64,000 nucleotides of DNA from Candidatus Nanoarchaeia archaeon (GCA_035288965.1 DATDYQ010000104.1:10089-74088); one strand, 5' to 3'; shown: positions 38,807-48,692, numbered from the stretch's first letter. Notes: a model not told the origin generated them from the sequence alone. Program-made: numbers and translations.

Positions 38807-40474
38807 TTTCTTTTTTTCTAATAAAAAGTTTCCAACAGCCAAATAATCTAGTCCCGTACTATAAAATGTTTTTATTGCTTCTTTTGGTCCAAGAACAATA
38901 GGATCTCCTGCATCATTAAATGATGTATTTAATACAGCGGGTATTCCGGTTTCATCTTCAAAAGCTTCTATCATTTTATAATATCTCGGATTAATTCTTT
39001 TAACAACAGTCTGTATTCTTGCTGTTCCATCAATATGTATTGCAGCAGCTAATTCTTTCTGTTTTTTCTTTTTTGTATCAAAAGTTAACAACATAAATGG
39101 ACTATTATAATAATTTTCAAAATATTCATCACATGCTCTATCTAAAACACTTGGCGCAAATGGTCTCCAATTCTCTCTATGCTTTACTTCTTTATTCACT
39201 TTATCTTTCATCTCTGCTATACTTGGATTTGCTAATATGCTTCTATTCCCCAATGCTCTCGGCCCAAGCTCTAATTTTCCTTGACACCATCCGACAATAA
39301 ATCCTTTAGCTAACTTTTCAGCAACCACTCCTTCAATATCTTTTTGATAACTATAAATTGCTTTAGATTCTTTTAACACTTTTTCAATCTCTTCATCACT
39401 AAATTCTGGTCCATAATAAGCATGCTCCATTACAAAATTTGTTTTATATCCAAGTTGACTGTAAAGTTCAAATGCAGCCCCTAAAGCAGTTCCAGCATCA
39501 TGTGAAGCAGGTTGAATAAATATGTCTTTAGTAAATGGCATTCCAAGTATCTTAGCATTCATATCACAATTTAGCGCAACCCCACCAGCCAAACAGAAAT
39601 TCGGAATTCCTGTTTTATCATACATCACTTCAGCCAATTTTTTTCCAACCTGTTCTAATTTATATTGTACAGAAGCAGCCAAATTTTTATGGTGTTCATT
39701 AATTTCCTCTTCAGGTTTTCTTTGCCTTCCAACTATATTTGCTACAGTGCTAAACCAATTCTTATCAAATTTGTACCCCTTCCTTGTTATCTGTACAACA
39801 TCATCTAAATCAAATACGGGCTTCCCATAAGTAGCCAATCCCATTATTTTTCCTTCATCTCTATGACTTCCAAATCCAAGCAAATGTGTAAATGAAGAAT
39901 ATAAATTTCCTAAAGAATTATGCACATCATATGTTTCCATTTGATTTATCCTTCCATTTTCTCCAACACCTAAGAATGTGGATTCGCTCTCTCCCCTTCC
40001 ATCCAAGGTTATTATATTTGCTTTATTCATTCCAGAAACGAAAAATGTGCTTGCTGCATGTGCTCTATGATGTGGAATAAATTTAATCTCCTTTTTTCTT
40101 CCTTTCATCATCTCATTTAATTTTCTCATCTCCTTAAGATAGGTAAAATATGCATCAATTCCTGCAAATGGATCCGAAACATAATTATTCTGTTTAATAA
40201 AAGGCCTAAATCTAAATTTTAATAAATAACTTGCATAACTTGCATATAAAAATTTATTCGGAGTTCCAAAACCAACAGCAATATAATCTATATTATCAAA
40301 TGTAATATTAGCTTCTTTTAAACAGAATTTAATTGCATTTCTAGGAAACATTCTTGGAGAATATTTAATTCCATTAAATCTTTCTTCTTCAGCAGTTGCA
40401 ATCAATCTTCCATCTTTTATTATAGCTGCTGCATTATTCCAAGATATTGGTCCAGTTATCCCTAAAATGTACAT
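38798..40474 (-). CDS. Carbamoyltransferase (NodU/CmcH/TobZ family)
   Basis: EEERF, HHRAHAAS, LDGRGE, EGKIMGLA, AGGVALN, DAGTALG, GPRALGNRSIL, RPFAPS, LNTSFN. Confidence 0.95.
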   Translation of the reverse strand: MYILGITGPISWNNAAAIIKDGRLIATAEEERFNGIKYSPRMFPRNAIKFCLKEANITFDNIDYIAVGFGTPNKFLYASYASYLLKFRFRPFIKQNNYVSDPFAGIDAYFTYLKEMRKLNEMMKGRKKEIKFIPHHRAHAASTFFVSGMNKANIITLDGRGESESTFLGVGENGRINQMETYDVHNSLGNLYSSFTHLLGFGSHRDEGKIMGLATYGKPVFDLDDVVQITRKGYKFDKNWFSTVANIVGRQRKPEEEINEHHKNLAASVQYKLEQVGKKLAEVMYDKTGIPNFCLAGGVALNCDMNAKILGMPFTKDIFIQPASHDAGTALGAAFELYSQLGYKTNFVMEHAYYGPEFSDEEIEKVLKESKAIYSYQKDIEGVVAEKLAKGFIVGWCQGKLELGPRALGNRSILANPSIAEMKDKVNKEVKHRENWRPFAPSVLDRACDEYFENYYNSPFMLLTFDTKKKKQKELAAAIHIDGTARIQTVVKRINPRYYKMIEAFEDETGIPAVLNTSFNDAGDPIVLGPKEAIKTFYSTGLDYLAVGNFLLEKKKLK

Positions 40475-40534
40475 TTTAGTTAAATCATTGCGAAAAACTT
40501 ATATAACTTTCTTTTTTATTATCTATATCCTCTA

Positions 40535-42205
40535 TTATCCACTATCATAAACATATATAGTTTGCTCTCTATTTTCACTTTTTAATATTATAGGATAATC
40601 TAATTCATAAGTAGAAATAATATAATCTGGTTTTACTTTTGTTTCATTTAAGTATTCTGAAACAGTATTTTTGTTCATCCAATATCCCATAACTAAAACT
40701 GATCTGTCTTTCTTTCCAAAAACATCTGTTCCTCTTCTAAAATCTTCATCTTCATTTCTTCTATCAAACATAATTAATGAATCTTCCTTGACATTTTTAT
40801 CCATCCATTTTCCCATCCAAGTTTGATCTTGCAAATACCAGTTTTCATAGGAATTATAAATTGCAATAGAACTTCCAAATAAGGTTATCAAAAAGAAAAA
40901 TACCATATAAATCTTTAATATTCTCTCTAATCTATAATTATAAATTTTCATAATCAAAAAAGGAATAAAAAACATGATTATCGCCAAGATTAAGACATTA
41001 TGTTTTGTAATCAATCCTAAAAATATTGTAAAAACTCCGATATAACTTAAAGATGAACTATTTATTGGTAATAAGCTTCTAAATGTTATCGTTGTTGTTA
41101 TCACAACCAAAATGCTCATTAACAATATCAAGATTTTTTTATTTGTTTTCTGTAGAATATTTTTCTCTATACTCACTGCACCTAAAATAATAATTAAAGG
41201 CAAAACTCCTTCTAAATATCTTCCTAAAACTCTTCCATTAAATATATTTTCTTTAGTTAACGGGAAACTACTGCTATGTGTAGCTGCTATAAAAATTAAA
41301 AATAATGAAGATAATATTGTTATTGCATTTAATAAATTTATTTTTTTATCTTGCTGTTTTTTTATATTTATTAAAAATCCTATAAAGAATAATATTCCGC
41401 TAGCTAATAAGATATATCCTACATCAATAATAATCCAATAAAAGAATTGTAACGGTGTAAAATTATTTTGTACAGCTGTTATATTTTCTCCATATCCAAA
41501 TAAACCACTTATAGAAAATCCAAATATGCTTAAATTTCTTATCAGCCAAGGTAAAACAACGATAAATGCAATCAAAAATAGTATAATCTTCTTCTTTATT
41601 TGACTATAATCCTTATCTCTAAAGAGTTTTATAAACAATATTATTACAATTGTTGGAATTAAAGATAAAGCTAATATTCTGGTTAAGTAGCTTAATCCTA
41701 AGAATATCCCTGCTAATACATCCCACCTTATTTTATTATCATTAAAAGATTTGTAAATAAAATAAATAGTAAATAAGAATAAAGGAAAAAATAAATTTTC
41801 ACTTAATATATAAGAAGAAAAAACAAAAAATGGCGGCATTATTCCGATTAAACTAGCAATCAAAAAAGATTTCTTCTTGTCAAAAAATTCCTTAGCAATC
41901 AACCAAGCTGGAAATATTATTAAACTAGATAATATCGCATTAATTATCTTAAAAATAAAATAGATTATTTCCATATTTTTAAAAATATAAGATATTGAAA
42001 TTACAATCGGATACAAGGGAGGATAAAGATAACTTGCTCTTCCATCAACAGTAAAACTTCCATCATGAAAAAAACTTCTAGCCATCTTCATATAATGGTA
42101 ATCATCAGCAAACGTGCTCGGAGATAAAACAAAAAAAGCAATAGCTATCTTTAACAAAACTAAAACAATAAATACAATCATTAACTTTTTAAAAAACCTA
42201 TCCAT
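40535..42205 (-). CDS. GT-C glycosyltransferase (GT39/PMT_2-like)
   Basis: ADDYHY, YPPLYP, LSENLF, GRYL; many TMs. Confidence 0.82.
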   Translation of the reverse strand: MDRFFKKLMIVFIVLVLLKIAIAFFVLSPSTFADDYHYMKMARSFFHDGSFTVDGRASYLYPPLYPIVISISYIFKNMEIIYFIFKIINAILSSLIIFPAWLIAKEFFDKKKSFLIASLIGIMPPFFVFSSYILSENLFFPLFLFTIYFIYKSFNDNKIRWDVLAGIFLGLSYLTRILALSLIPTIVIILFIKLFRDKDYSQIKKKIILFLIAFIVVLPWLIRNLSIFGFSISGLFGYGENITAVQNNFTPLQFFYWIIIDVGYILLASGILFFIGFLINIKKQQDKKINLLNAITILSSLFLIFIAATHSSSFPLTKENIFNGRVLGRYLEGVLPLIIILGAVSIEKNILQKTNKKILILLMSILVVITTTITFRSLLPINSSSLSYIGVFTIFLGLITKHNVLILAIIMFFIPFLIMKIYNYRLERILKIYMVFFFLITLFGSSIAIYNSYENWYLQDQTWMGKWMDKNVKEDSLIMFDRRNEDEDFRRGTDVFGKKDRSVLVMGYWMNKNTVSEYLNETKVKPDYIISTYELDYPIILKSENREQTIYVYDSG

Positions 42206-42235
42206 AAAACTAAAGAATTATAAAAATTTATAAAG

Positions 42236-42874
42236 CTATTTGTAAGCTTTCTCGCCAGTTTTATACTGTAAATCATCAACTTTTTTAATTATTTTTGCAG
42301 GATTCCCGACAACTACTGTATTTTCAGGAACATCTTTTGTTACCACGCTCCCCGCCCCAACTAAAGCATTTTTTCCTATATTTAATCCAGGAAGTAAAGT
42401 AGAATTTGCTCCTATCTTTGCATCTTCTCCGATAATAGATCCAGCCAATTTATCTTTTGCTAATTCTGATAATGGAAATGGTGCATTTGTTAAAACAACA
42501 TTTGGACCAATCCAACTTCCTTTTTTTAGTTCACAATATTCAGGAACAAAAGCTTGAGTATGTATTCTTACATTATCTTCAATCTTAACATGATGCTCAA
42601 CCACACTTAAAGTTCCTATAGCAACATTATTCCCAATTTCATTTTCTTCCCTTATATTTACTTTGTTTCCTGTTTGAAAATTATCTCCTATTTTATTTCC
42701 AGAATAGATTACTGTATGACTCCTTATATAGCAATTATTTCCAAGAATAGTTTTTAATTCACCTTCTTTCTTTCCTCTAGGTGCTGCTCCAATAATAACA
42801 TAATCTTCTATAACACAATTGTCCCCCATAGTAACATTTTCATGTATTCTTGCTGTAGGTGCTATTTTATTCAT
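42236..42874 (-). CDS. Hexapeptide-repeat N-acetyltransferase (WbpD-like)
   Basis: Left-handed beta-helix repeats, [24 protein letters not shown]. Confidence 0.88.
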   Translation of the reverse strand: MNKIAPTARIHENVTMGDNCVIEDYVIIGAAPRGKKEGELKTILGNNCYIRSHTVIYSGNKIGDNFQTGNKVNIREENEIGNNVAIGTLSVVEHHVKIEDNVRIHTQAFVPEYCELKKGSWIGPNVVLTNAPFPLSELAKDKLAGSIIGEDAKIGANSTLLPGLNIGKNALVGAGSVVTKDVPENTVVVGNPAKIIKKVDDLQYKTGEKAYK

Positions 42875-42892
42875 AATAAGTAATAAATTCCA

Positions 42893-42910
42893 AAAGCTTA
42901 TATAACTTTC
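42893..42910. promoter_or_regulatory. Palindromic bidirectional TATA box with purine-rich BRE-like flanks
   Basis: AAAGC-TTATATAA-CTTTC between divergent starts at 42874(-) and 42928/42937(+). Confidence 0.6.
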
Positions 42911-42936
42911 TCCTTATGTTTTTATAGGTGATAGTA

Positions 42937-44037
42937 ATGATAGAAAAAGAGATACCACAAGTTGATTTGAAAAGGCAATATCATTCTATTAAAAAAGAAA
43001 TAGATGAAGCTATATTTAACATAATTGAAAACACTTCTTTTATTAATGGAAAAGCAGTACAAGAATTTGAAGAGGATTTTGCCAAATTTTGTAATGCTAA
43101 ATATTGTATTGGTGTTAGTTCAGGAACAAGTGCAGTAGAAGTTGCATTACAAGCATCTGGAATTAAAGCAGGAGATGAAGTTATCACAGTTCCTAATACA
43201 TTTATTGCTACAACAGAAGCAATAACAAGATTGGGAGCTAAATTTAAATTTGTTGATATTGATGAAAAAACTTATACTATAGATATTAATCAAATTGAAA
43301 AGGCAATAACATCAAAAACAAAAGCGATCTTACCTGTTCAATTATATGGACAATCAAGTGAAATGGATAAAATAAAAGAGATAGCTGAAATTTTTAATTT
43401 AAAAGTTATAGAAGATTGCGCACAGGCTCATGGAGCTGAATATAATAATAAAAGATTGCCTTATTCTTTAGTTGGAACCTTTAGTTTTTTCCCAGCTAAA
43501 AATCTTGGAAGTTTTGGTGATGCAGGAGCTGTTGTTACAAATGATGAAGAGATAGCAAATAAAGCTAGATTATTAAAAGATCATGGTAGAACAGGAAAGT
43601 ATGTTCATGAAATTGAAGGTTATAATCATAGATTAGATACATTACAAGCAGCAATATTAAAAGTTAAGTTAAAGAAATTGGATGAATGGATTGAGAAAAG
43701 AAGAGAAAATGTTGCATTATATAATGAATTATTAAGTGATAATATAATAAAACCGATAGAAAGAGAAAACTCTAAGCATGTTTATTATGTTTATACGATA
43801 AGGGTAAAAAATAGAGATGGATTACAAAAATATTTGAAAGAAAATAAGATATCTTCTCAGATTTATTATCCTATACCATTACATTTACAACCAGCTTATT
43901 CTCATCTTGGTTATAAAAAAGGAGATTTTCCAGTAACAGAAAAAGTTTGTGATGAAATCTTATCATTACCTTTATTTCCCGAGTTAACTAAAGAAGAGAT
44001 TGAATATATTAGTGAGAAAGTTAATTCATTTATTTAA
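42937..44037 (+). CDS. DegT/DnrJ/EryC1/StrS aminotransferase (WbpE-like)
   Basis: SSGT, TFIAT, IEDCAQAHG, SFFPAKNLG (PLP Lys), RLDTLQAA. Confidence 0.93.
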   Translation: MIEKEIPQVDLKRQYHSIKKEIDEAIFNIIENTSFINGKAVQEFEEDFAKFCNAKYCIGVSSGTSAVEVALQASGIKAGDEVITVPNTFIATTEAITRLGAKFKFVDIDEKTYTIDINQIEKAITSKTKAILPVQLYGQSSEMDKIKEIAEIFNLKVIEDCAQAHGAEYNNKRLPYSLVGTFSFFPAKNLGSFGDAGAVVTNDEEIANKARLLKDHGRTGKYVHEIEGYNHRLDTLQAAILKVKLKKLDEWIEKRRENVALYNELLSDNIIKPIERENSKHVYYVYTIRVKNRDGLQKYLKENKISSQIYYPIPLHLQPAYSHLGYKKGDFPVTEKVCDEILSLPLFPELTKEEIEYISEKVNSFI

Positions 44038-44464
44038 TCATATCTATAAATTTTTTTCTATATATCTTAATATCTTCGTTATTTATTTTTGAAATAAAAT
44101 TAATTAATTTACTATTAAAAATTTCAGCTTTTCTTATGGTATCTTTTACATCTTCTTTAGTTACCACAAAATCAACATAATATTGTTTGTCTATTCTTTC
44201 TTTTTTAGCATCAAAAATTATAGAAGCAGAATGATTTTCAGATTTAATCCCAATTTTAAATAATAACGCAGTTAATAGATGATACATGCTATAATAGGCA
44301 AGTCCGACAGATTCTTCAAATTTATCATTATTCAGAAGAATTTTTGCAGAGATAAGATTGCTTTCAGATTTTATAATATAAGATTGTTTTAATTCTTCAC
44401 TTGATTCAACTAATTCTAATTTTCCTTGCTTACGAAGTTTCTTCAAAAAATTTATTTTTTTCAT
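44030..44464 (-). CDS. HEPN domain protein (MNT-HEPN toxin-like)
   Basis: AYYSMYH, GIKSENH, RIDKQYY; overlaps the MNT gene. Confidence 0.82.
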   Translation of the reverse strand: MKKINFLKKLRKQGKLELVESSEELKQSYIIKSESNLISAKILLNNDKFEESVGLAYYSMYHLLTALLFKIGIKSENHSASIIFDAKKERIDKQYYVDFVVTKEDVKDTIRKAEIFNSKLINFISKINNEDIKIYRKKFIDMIK

Positions 44465-44987
44465 AATATGCTTCAATGCCTTTTATTACTACATGATTTT
44501 TTTCTATTTCTTTTATTAACAAATTAGATTTATCATATTTTCCTATTTTCACACTTAATTTTGAATCTATTGAATTAATATCTTCCCTTATTTTTTTGCT
44601 ATCTGTTTCAATATAAACATCAATATCGCTATTTACTTTAGCAATTTCCTTTGCATATGAACCAAATAAGATAGCAAGTTTTATATCTTTATTGGTTTGA
44701 ATTTTTTCTATTATTCTCCTTAAGCTTGGATATTTTTTTAATAATTTATTTAACTTATAATTTTCAGCAGAAAAAGCAAAACTTTTAGCTTCTATTGTTT
44801 TCTTTAAAAAATATTTATTGTTTTTTCCTTCTCTTTTGTAGTCTACAATATTTTCTTTATATAATTCTTTTATCTTTCTTACTATTATCATATGATTAGT
44901 ATTTAATCTTCTAGCAAGCTCCCTTATATGATATTCTGCATTAAGTAATTCATTTACGATTTCTAATTTGTAACTCTTTTGTTCCAT
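44430..44987 (-). CDS. HTH-fused minimal nucleotidyltransferase (MNT antitoxin)
   Basis: HIRELARRL winged HTH; ILFGSYAK...SDID. Confidence 0.88.
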   Translation of the reverse strand: MEQKSYKLEIVNELLNAEYHIRELARRLNTNHMIIVRKIKELYKENIVDYKREGKNNKYFLKKTIEAKSFAFSAENYKLNKLLKKYPSLRRIIEKIQTNKDIKLAILFGSYAKEIAKVNSDIDVYIETDSKKIREDINSIDSKLSVKIGKYDKSNLLIKEIEKNHVVIKGIEAYYEKNKFFEETS

Positions 44988-45006
44988 ATGTAATATTTAT
45001 GTTACA
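44969..45006. promoter_or_regulatory. Two tandem palindromic operators (TGTAAC-N6-GTTACA consensus)
   Basis: TGTAAC-TCTTTT-GTTCCA at 44969-44986 and TGTAAT-ATTTAT-GTTACA at 44989-45006, just downstream of the minus-strand CGAAAGCTTTAAATA promoter. Confidence 0.55.
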
Positions 45007-45052
45007 ATAGTATTTAAAGCTTTCGATTAACTATTTTGTTGAGAAGGTTAAT

Positions 45053-46012
45053 TTATTTTTGTAACTTCGCATTAGCTTGCATATCAAACAACATTGCAAA
45101 CAAGAAAAATTGCAATCCCGTTATTATAAACAAAGCAGATAATATTGTCTCATTTGTTGGTGCAGTTGATATAATTGCAAAATATAATGCCCTTATTCCT
45201 AAAATAATTCCTATTGGGATAAATAGTATTCCGAAGAAATAAAAAAATACCAAGGGATGGAATTCTTGAAATAAATATTTATTTTTTAAACGCCAAAAAA
45301 ATCTTTTAATCAATAAAGGGGCCATCCTCCTTATATATTTTCCAATTTTGATCTGTGATTGTCTTTCTCCAGGCAAATAAATTGCTCTTCTAGGAACATC
45401 TTTTACTCTTAAATTATATCTATTAAAAACAACTAAAAAATCAGAAACATATCCATAGCCCCCCCAAACTTCTTTCCAGTCTATTAAATCAATTGCTTTT
45501 TTTGATATAGCAGTATATCCATCTTGGGTATCAAATATTCCCCAATAACCAGAAGCAAATTTTGTCATGAAAGATAACATGGAATTTCCGAAAAATCTTT
45601 TTCCAGGCATTACATTAAAAGCACTGGCATTAACTCCAAGAAATCTATTCCCTTTAACATAATCTGCTTCATCTTTAACAAAAGGTTCAAGAAAATTAGG
45701 TAAATCAGCTAAATCCATTTGATTATCTCCACCTATAACAACGACTGCATCATATCCATATCTTGAAGCTTTTTGATATCCTGCTATAATTCCATGTCCC
45801 GGACCTCTAGGATTTTTTTTATCATGAAACTTTACTAACTCCACCCTCTTATCTTTCCAGTTTTTTACAATTTCGGCTGTTTTATCTGTAGAAGCATCAT
45901 CCATAACATAAACTTTATCTATTGTTTTAGGAACATTTTCTAAAGTTGGAACTATTAATCTTTCTTCATTATGTGCTGGAATTACTAATGCTACTTTTAG
46001 TTTTTTGTACAT
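45053..46012 (-). CDS. Polyprenol-phosphate glycosyltransferase-like GT2 with two C-terminal TMs
   Basis: IPAHNEE, DDASTD, GGDNQMD, KGNRF, DTQDGY, HPLVFF. Confidence 0.88.
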   Translation of the reverse strand: MYKKLKVALVIPAHNEERLIVPTLENVPKTIDKVYVMDDASTDKTAEIVKNWKDKRVELVKFHDKKNPRGPGHGIIAGYQKASRYGYDAVVVIGGDNQMDLADLPNFLEPFVKDEADYVKGNRFLGVNASAFNVMPGKRFFGNSMLSFMTKFASGYWGIFDTQDGYTAISKKAIDLIDWKEVWGGYGYVSDFLVVFNRYNLRVKDVPRRAIYLPGERQSQIKIGKYIRRMAPLLIKRFFWRLKNKYLFQEFHPLVFFYFFGILFIPIGIILGIRALYFAIISTAPTNETILSALFIITGLQFFLFAMLFDMQANAKLQK

Positions 46013-46074
46013 TAATAATAAAATATGAGAAAAATTTATAAATGTAACTAATTAAACTATTAATTAAAAATAAA

Positions 46075-46527
46075 TTAGATTTTATGTTCTTTAAAAGTTC
46101 CATGCGGAGCTTCACGAATAAAATTCAAGATTGCTGTTTGTAAAGAGCTTCCATTTATTATTTTTAAATTATTATAAAGATTTGTTCTAAGTTCCCTACC
46201 AATTTCCCTTAAAAATCCAGGTCTAATATCTTCATAACCTGGCCAATAAACAAAAAATCCATTTCCATCTAATTTTAACGTAGCATATGGATCAAGAGAA
46301 TGAAAAGGTATGCCAATCATTCTGTCACCTTGTGAGTATTTACTTTCGCATGCCAATCTAGCTAAAGCTAAAATCTCTTTGTCATTATTAACTAATTCTA
46401 CTAATCCTGTAACTTCTTCAATACCATGAAGCCCTTTTTCTCTATGTAAATCAACTCTTTCATATCTATCATAAACATTTTTTAACATAGGTAAAACTTC
46501 TCTTTCAGTTGTAACTTCAGTTGTCAT
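46075..46527 (-). CDS. Hypothetical protein
   Basis: GGAGGT SD before the ATG; 150 aa. Confidence 0.7.
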   Translation of the reverse strand: MTTEVTTEREVLPMLKNVYDRYERVDLHREKGLHGIEEVTGLVELVNNDKEILALARLACESKYSQGDRMIGIPFHSLDPYATLKLDGNGFFVYWPGYEDIRPGFLREIGRELRTNLYNNLKIINGSSLQTAILNFIREAPHGTFKEHKI

Positions 46528-46615
46528 TTTATACCTCCAAAATATATAATAAATAATATAATAAAAAAGCTTAAAAAGCTATCTAAATAAAAAAATAAAA
46601 GTTAAATCAAATAAA

Positions 46616-47515
46616 TTATTGTTTTTTTGCTAACTTTTCATATGCAACAGTATAGCTAGAAACATTTACTCCATGTTTAGCAAAATGGTCTAACAATTTT
46701 TTATGGAAATCTAAGTTTGGGTCATAAACATCTATAGCTTGTGGATGTAAACAAAGTCCCAAGAAAACTTCTTTTCCAGTATCTTCTGCTAGTTCTTTTC
46801 CTTGAATCATTAAACTATTAAAATATTCAAATATTCCTGCCGCAGTCGTAGGATAACCAGCTGTTCCAATAGTTTTTGATTTACCTGTGAATGCTGTATC
46901 TTGCCACCCGTGACTCGGAATTTCTAGTAAATTTCCTAGTTCTGTAGAATAAAATCTTGGTTGTCTTGGTTTTCCATCTTCAACCAATGGCGGTTCAATT
47001 CCCCAATCTTTACTTCTTAAATCAGAACTAATATATTTTACTCCTGCATTTAATAAAGCATTAACAACTTCTTCATTATCTAAACCACCTGCATAACCCA
47101 ATGGAGCTCTTACACCGATAACAGCCCTACCAAATATTCTATAAATTAAACTGGAAGCTTTTCTTACATCTTGTTCTATTTGAGACGGTAGCATTGGATC
47201 TTTATCTGGACGAGTTGCAATTCTTCTAAATGGCACATGGGAATAAGAATGTTGTTGTATGTCTACCAATGGATCATCAGAAGAAAATATTGTTCTTAGT
47301 TCAGTATTCCCCATAAAATGTTCTGAAGTGCTCTCTAAGAAACTTCCCAAAATAAAAAATGTTCTACCAAATCCTGAGTACTCTTCAAATAAAGAATTTA
47401 ATTTATCTACAGTCCTTAAAGTTACTTCTCTCTCTCTAGCCCCTTCTTCTGTAGAAGCTTTATCTCCGTAAGGTGATTCTGTATCATATCCGAATAATAA
47501 ATTTACATTTGTCAT
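46616..47515 (-). CDS. Polysaccharide deacetylase (CE4/NodB) family protein
   Basis: YDTE, TFFILG, HSYSH, GVRAP, CLHP. Confidence 0.8.
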   Translation of the reverse strand: MTNVNLLFGYDTESPYGDKASTEEGAREREVTLRTVDKLNSLFEEYSGFGRTFFILGSFLESTSEHFMGNTELRTIFSSDDPLVDIQQHSYSHVPFRRIATRPDKDPMLPSQIEQDVRKASSLIYRIFGRAVIGVRAPLGYAGGLDNEEVVNALLNAGVKYISSDLRSKDWGIEPPLVEDGKPRQPRFYSTELGNLLEIPSHGWQDTAFTGKSKTIGTAGYPTTAAGIFEYFNSLMIQGKELAEDTGKEVFLGLCLHPQAIDVYDPNLDFHKKLLDHFAKHGVNVSSYTVAYEKLAKKQ

Positions 47516-47525
47516 TTTTATTCCC

Positions 47526-48530
47526 CTATTGTCCATTCAAAACAATTTCTTTCCCACTAACAGCACTTTTATTAGCAGCTTCAATTATTCTCACACTTTC
47601 TTTTGCATCTTCTCCGATAACATCAGCTCTTCTTCTTTTCTTTAAAACATCAATAACATTATTTACAACCATTTCATGATTGCTTGGATTATGTGCTTCA
47701 GGAATTTCAGGAACAATTTGCCCTTCAACATCAAACAATTCCATTTTATTCAGATAAGTTCCTCCAATCTTAATATGTCCCTTTGTTCCAAAAACAGATA
47801 TTGATCCTTCAAGATTTTTATTGTAAATATTTGTTGTGTAATTCATAGTTCCCAGAATTCCTTTCTTAAATTTCATTATCATTGTTCCAGTATCTTCTGT
47901 TTCAATTTCATGATTAAAATTTTCCATTTTTGCATAAACACTTTTCACAGGACCAAACAACCAATACATCAAATCAATAAAATGAGAAGCTAAAGTAAAT
48001 AAAGCTCCGCCATCTAATCCTTTAGTTCCACGCCAAGGTTCACTTGTATAATATTCAACATTTCTGTTCCATAAAACTTTAGCATCAACTAAATATATTT
48101 TTCCTAATTTTTTCTTATCTAATAATTCTTTTAATTTCATTACCGGAGGATTATATCTATTTTGCTTGACAACAAATAAATTAACTCCACTTCTTCTGCA
48201 ACTTTCCATCATCCTATCACAATCTTTTATTGAAAGTGCCATTGGTTTTTCACATAATACATGTTTAAAATTATTTGCTGCTTCCATAGTATGTTTAGCA
48301 TGCAATCCTGATGGAGTGCATATTGTTATAACATCAATATTTCCTTGTTTTAACATTTCATCATAATTAGAAAAAGCTTTACAATTAAACTTATCAGCCA
48401 AAGATCTTGCTCTCTCTTTATTTACATCACTAACTCCAATTAGTTCAGCTTCCGGATTATTAAAAAGAATGTTAGCGTGTTTTTCACCAACTTTCCCGCA
48501 TCCAACAATTCCAAATGTCACCTTTTCCAT
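47526..48530 (-). CDS. Gfo/Idh/MocA oxidoreductase (WbpB/WlbA-like sugar 3-dehydrogenase)
   Basis: GIVGCG, CTPSGLH, CEKPMA, VKQNRYNP, WRGT, DGGAL, SHFID. Confidence 0.9.
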   Translation of the reverse strand: MEKVTFGIVGCGKVGEKHANILFNNPEAELIGVSDVNKERARSLADKFNCKAFSNYDEMLKQGNIDVITICTPSGLHAKHTMEAANNFKHVLCEKPMALSIKDCDRMMESCRRSGVNLFVVKQNRYNPPVMKLKELLDKKKLGKIYLVDAKVLWNRNVEYYTSEPWRGTKGLDGGALFTLASHFIDLMYWLFGPVKSVYAKMENFNHEIETEDTGTMIMKFKKGILGTMNYTTNIYNKNLEGSISVFGTKGHIKIGGTYLNKMELFDVEGQIVPEIPEAHNPSNHEMVVNNVIDVLKKRRRADVIGEDAKESVRIIEAANKSAVSGKEIVLNGQ

Positions 48531-48692
48531 AATTGTCACCATTAATATTATTAAAATTAAAATGTTAGTAAAGTTTTAAAATACTTTCTAATATATAAAT
48601 AATGCTCTAAATAATAGAAAAGTTTAAATACCAGTTGGAATTATACTGCTCTAATACTATTAATCATAAAAAACAGAAAAAGGGGTAGATTA

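Noticed and set aside
2413..48530. Aminoglycoside-like biosynthetic cluster (APH, TobZ-like, GenD1-like, BtrN-like, DegT, deacetylase)
   Set aside because: No 2-deoxy-scyllo-inosose synthase is visible. Flippase, GT-C, Neu and S-layer context make surface-glycan synthesis more parsimonious.
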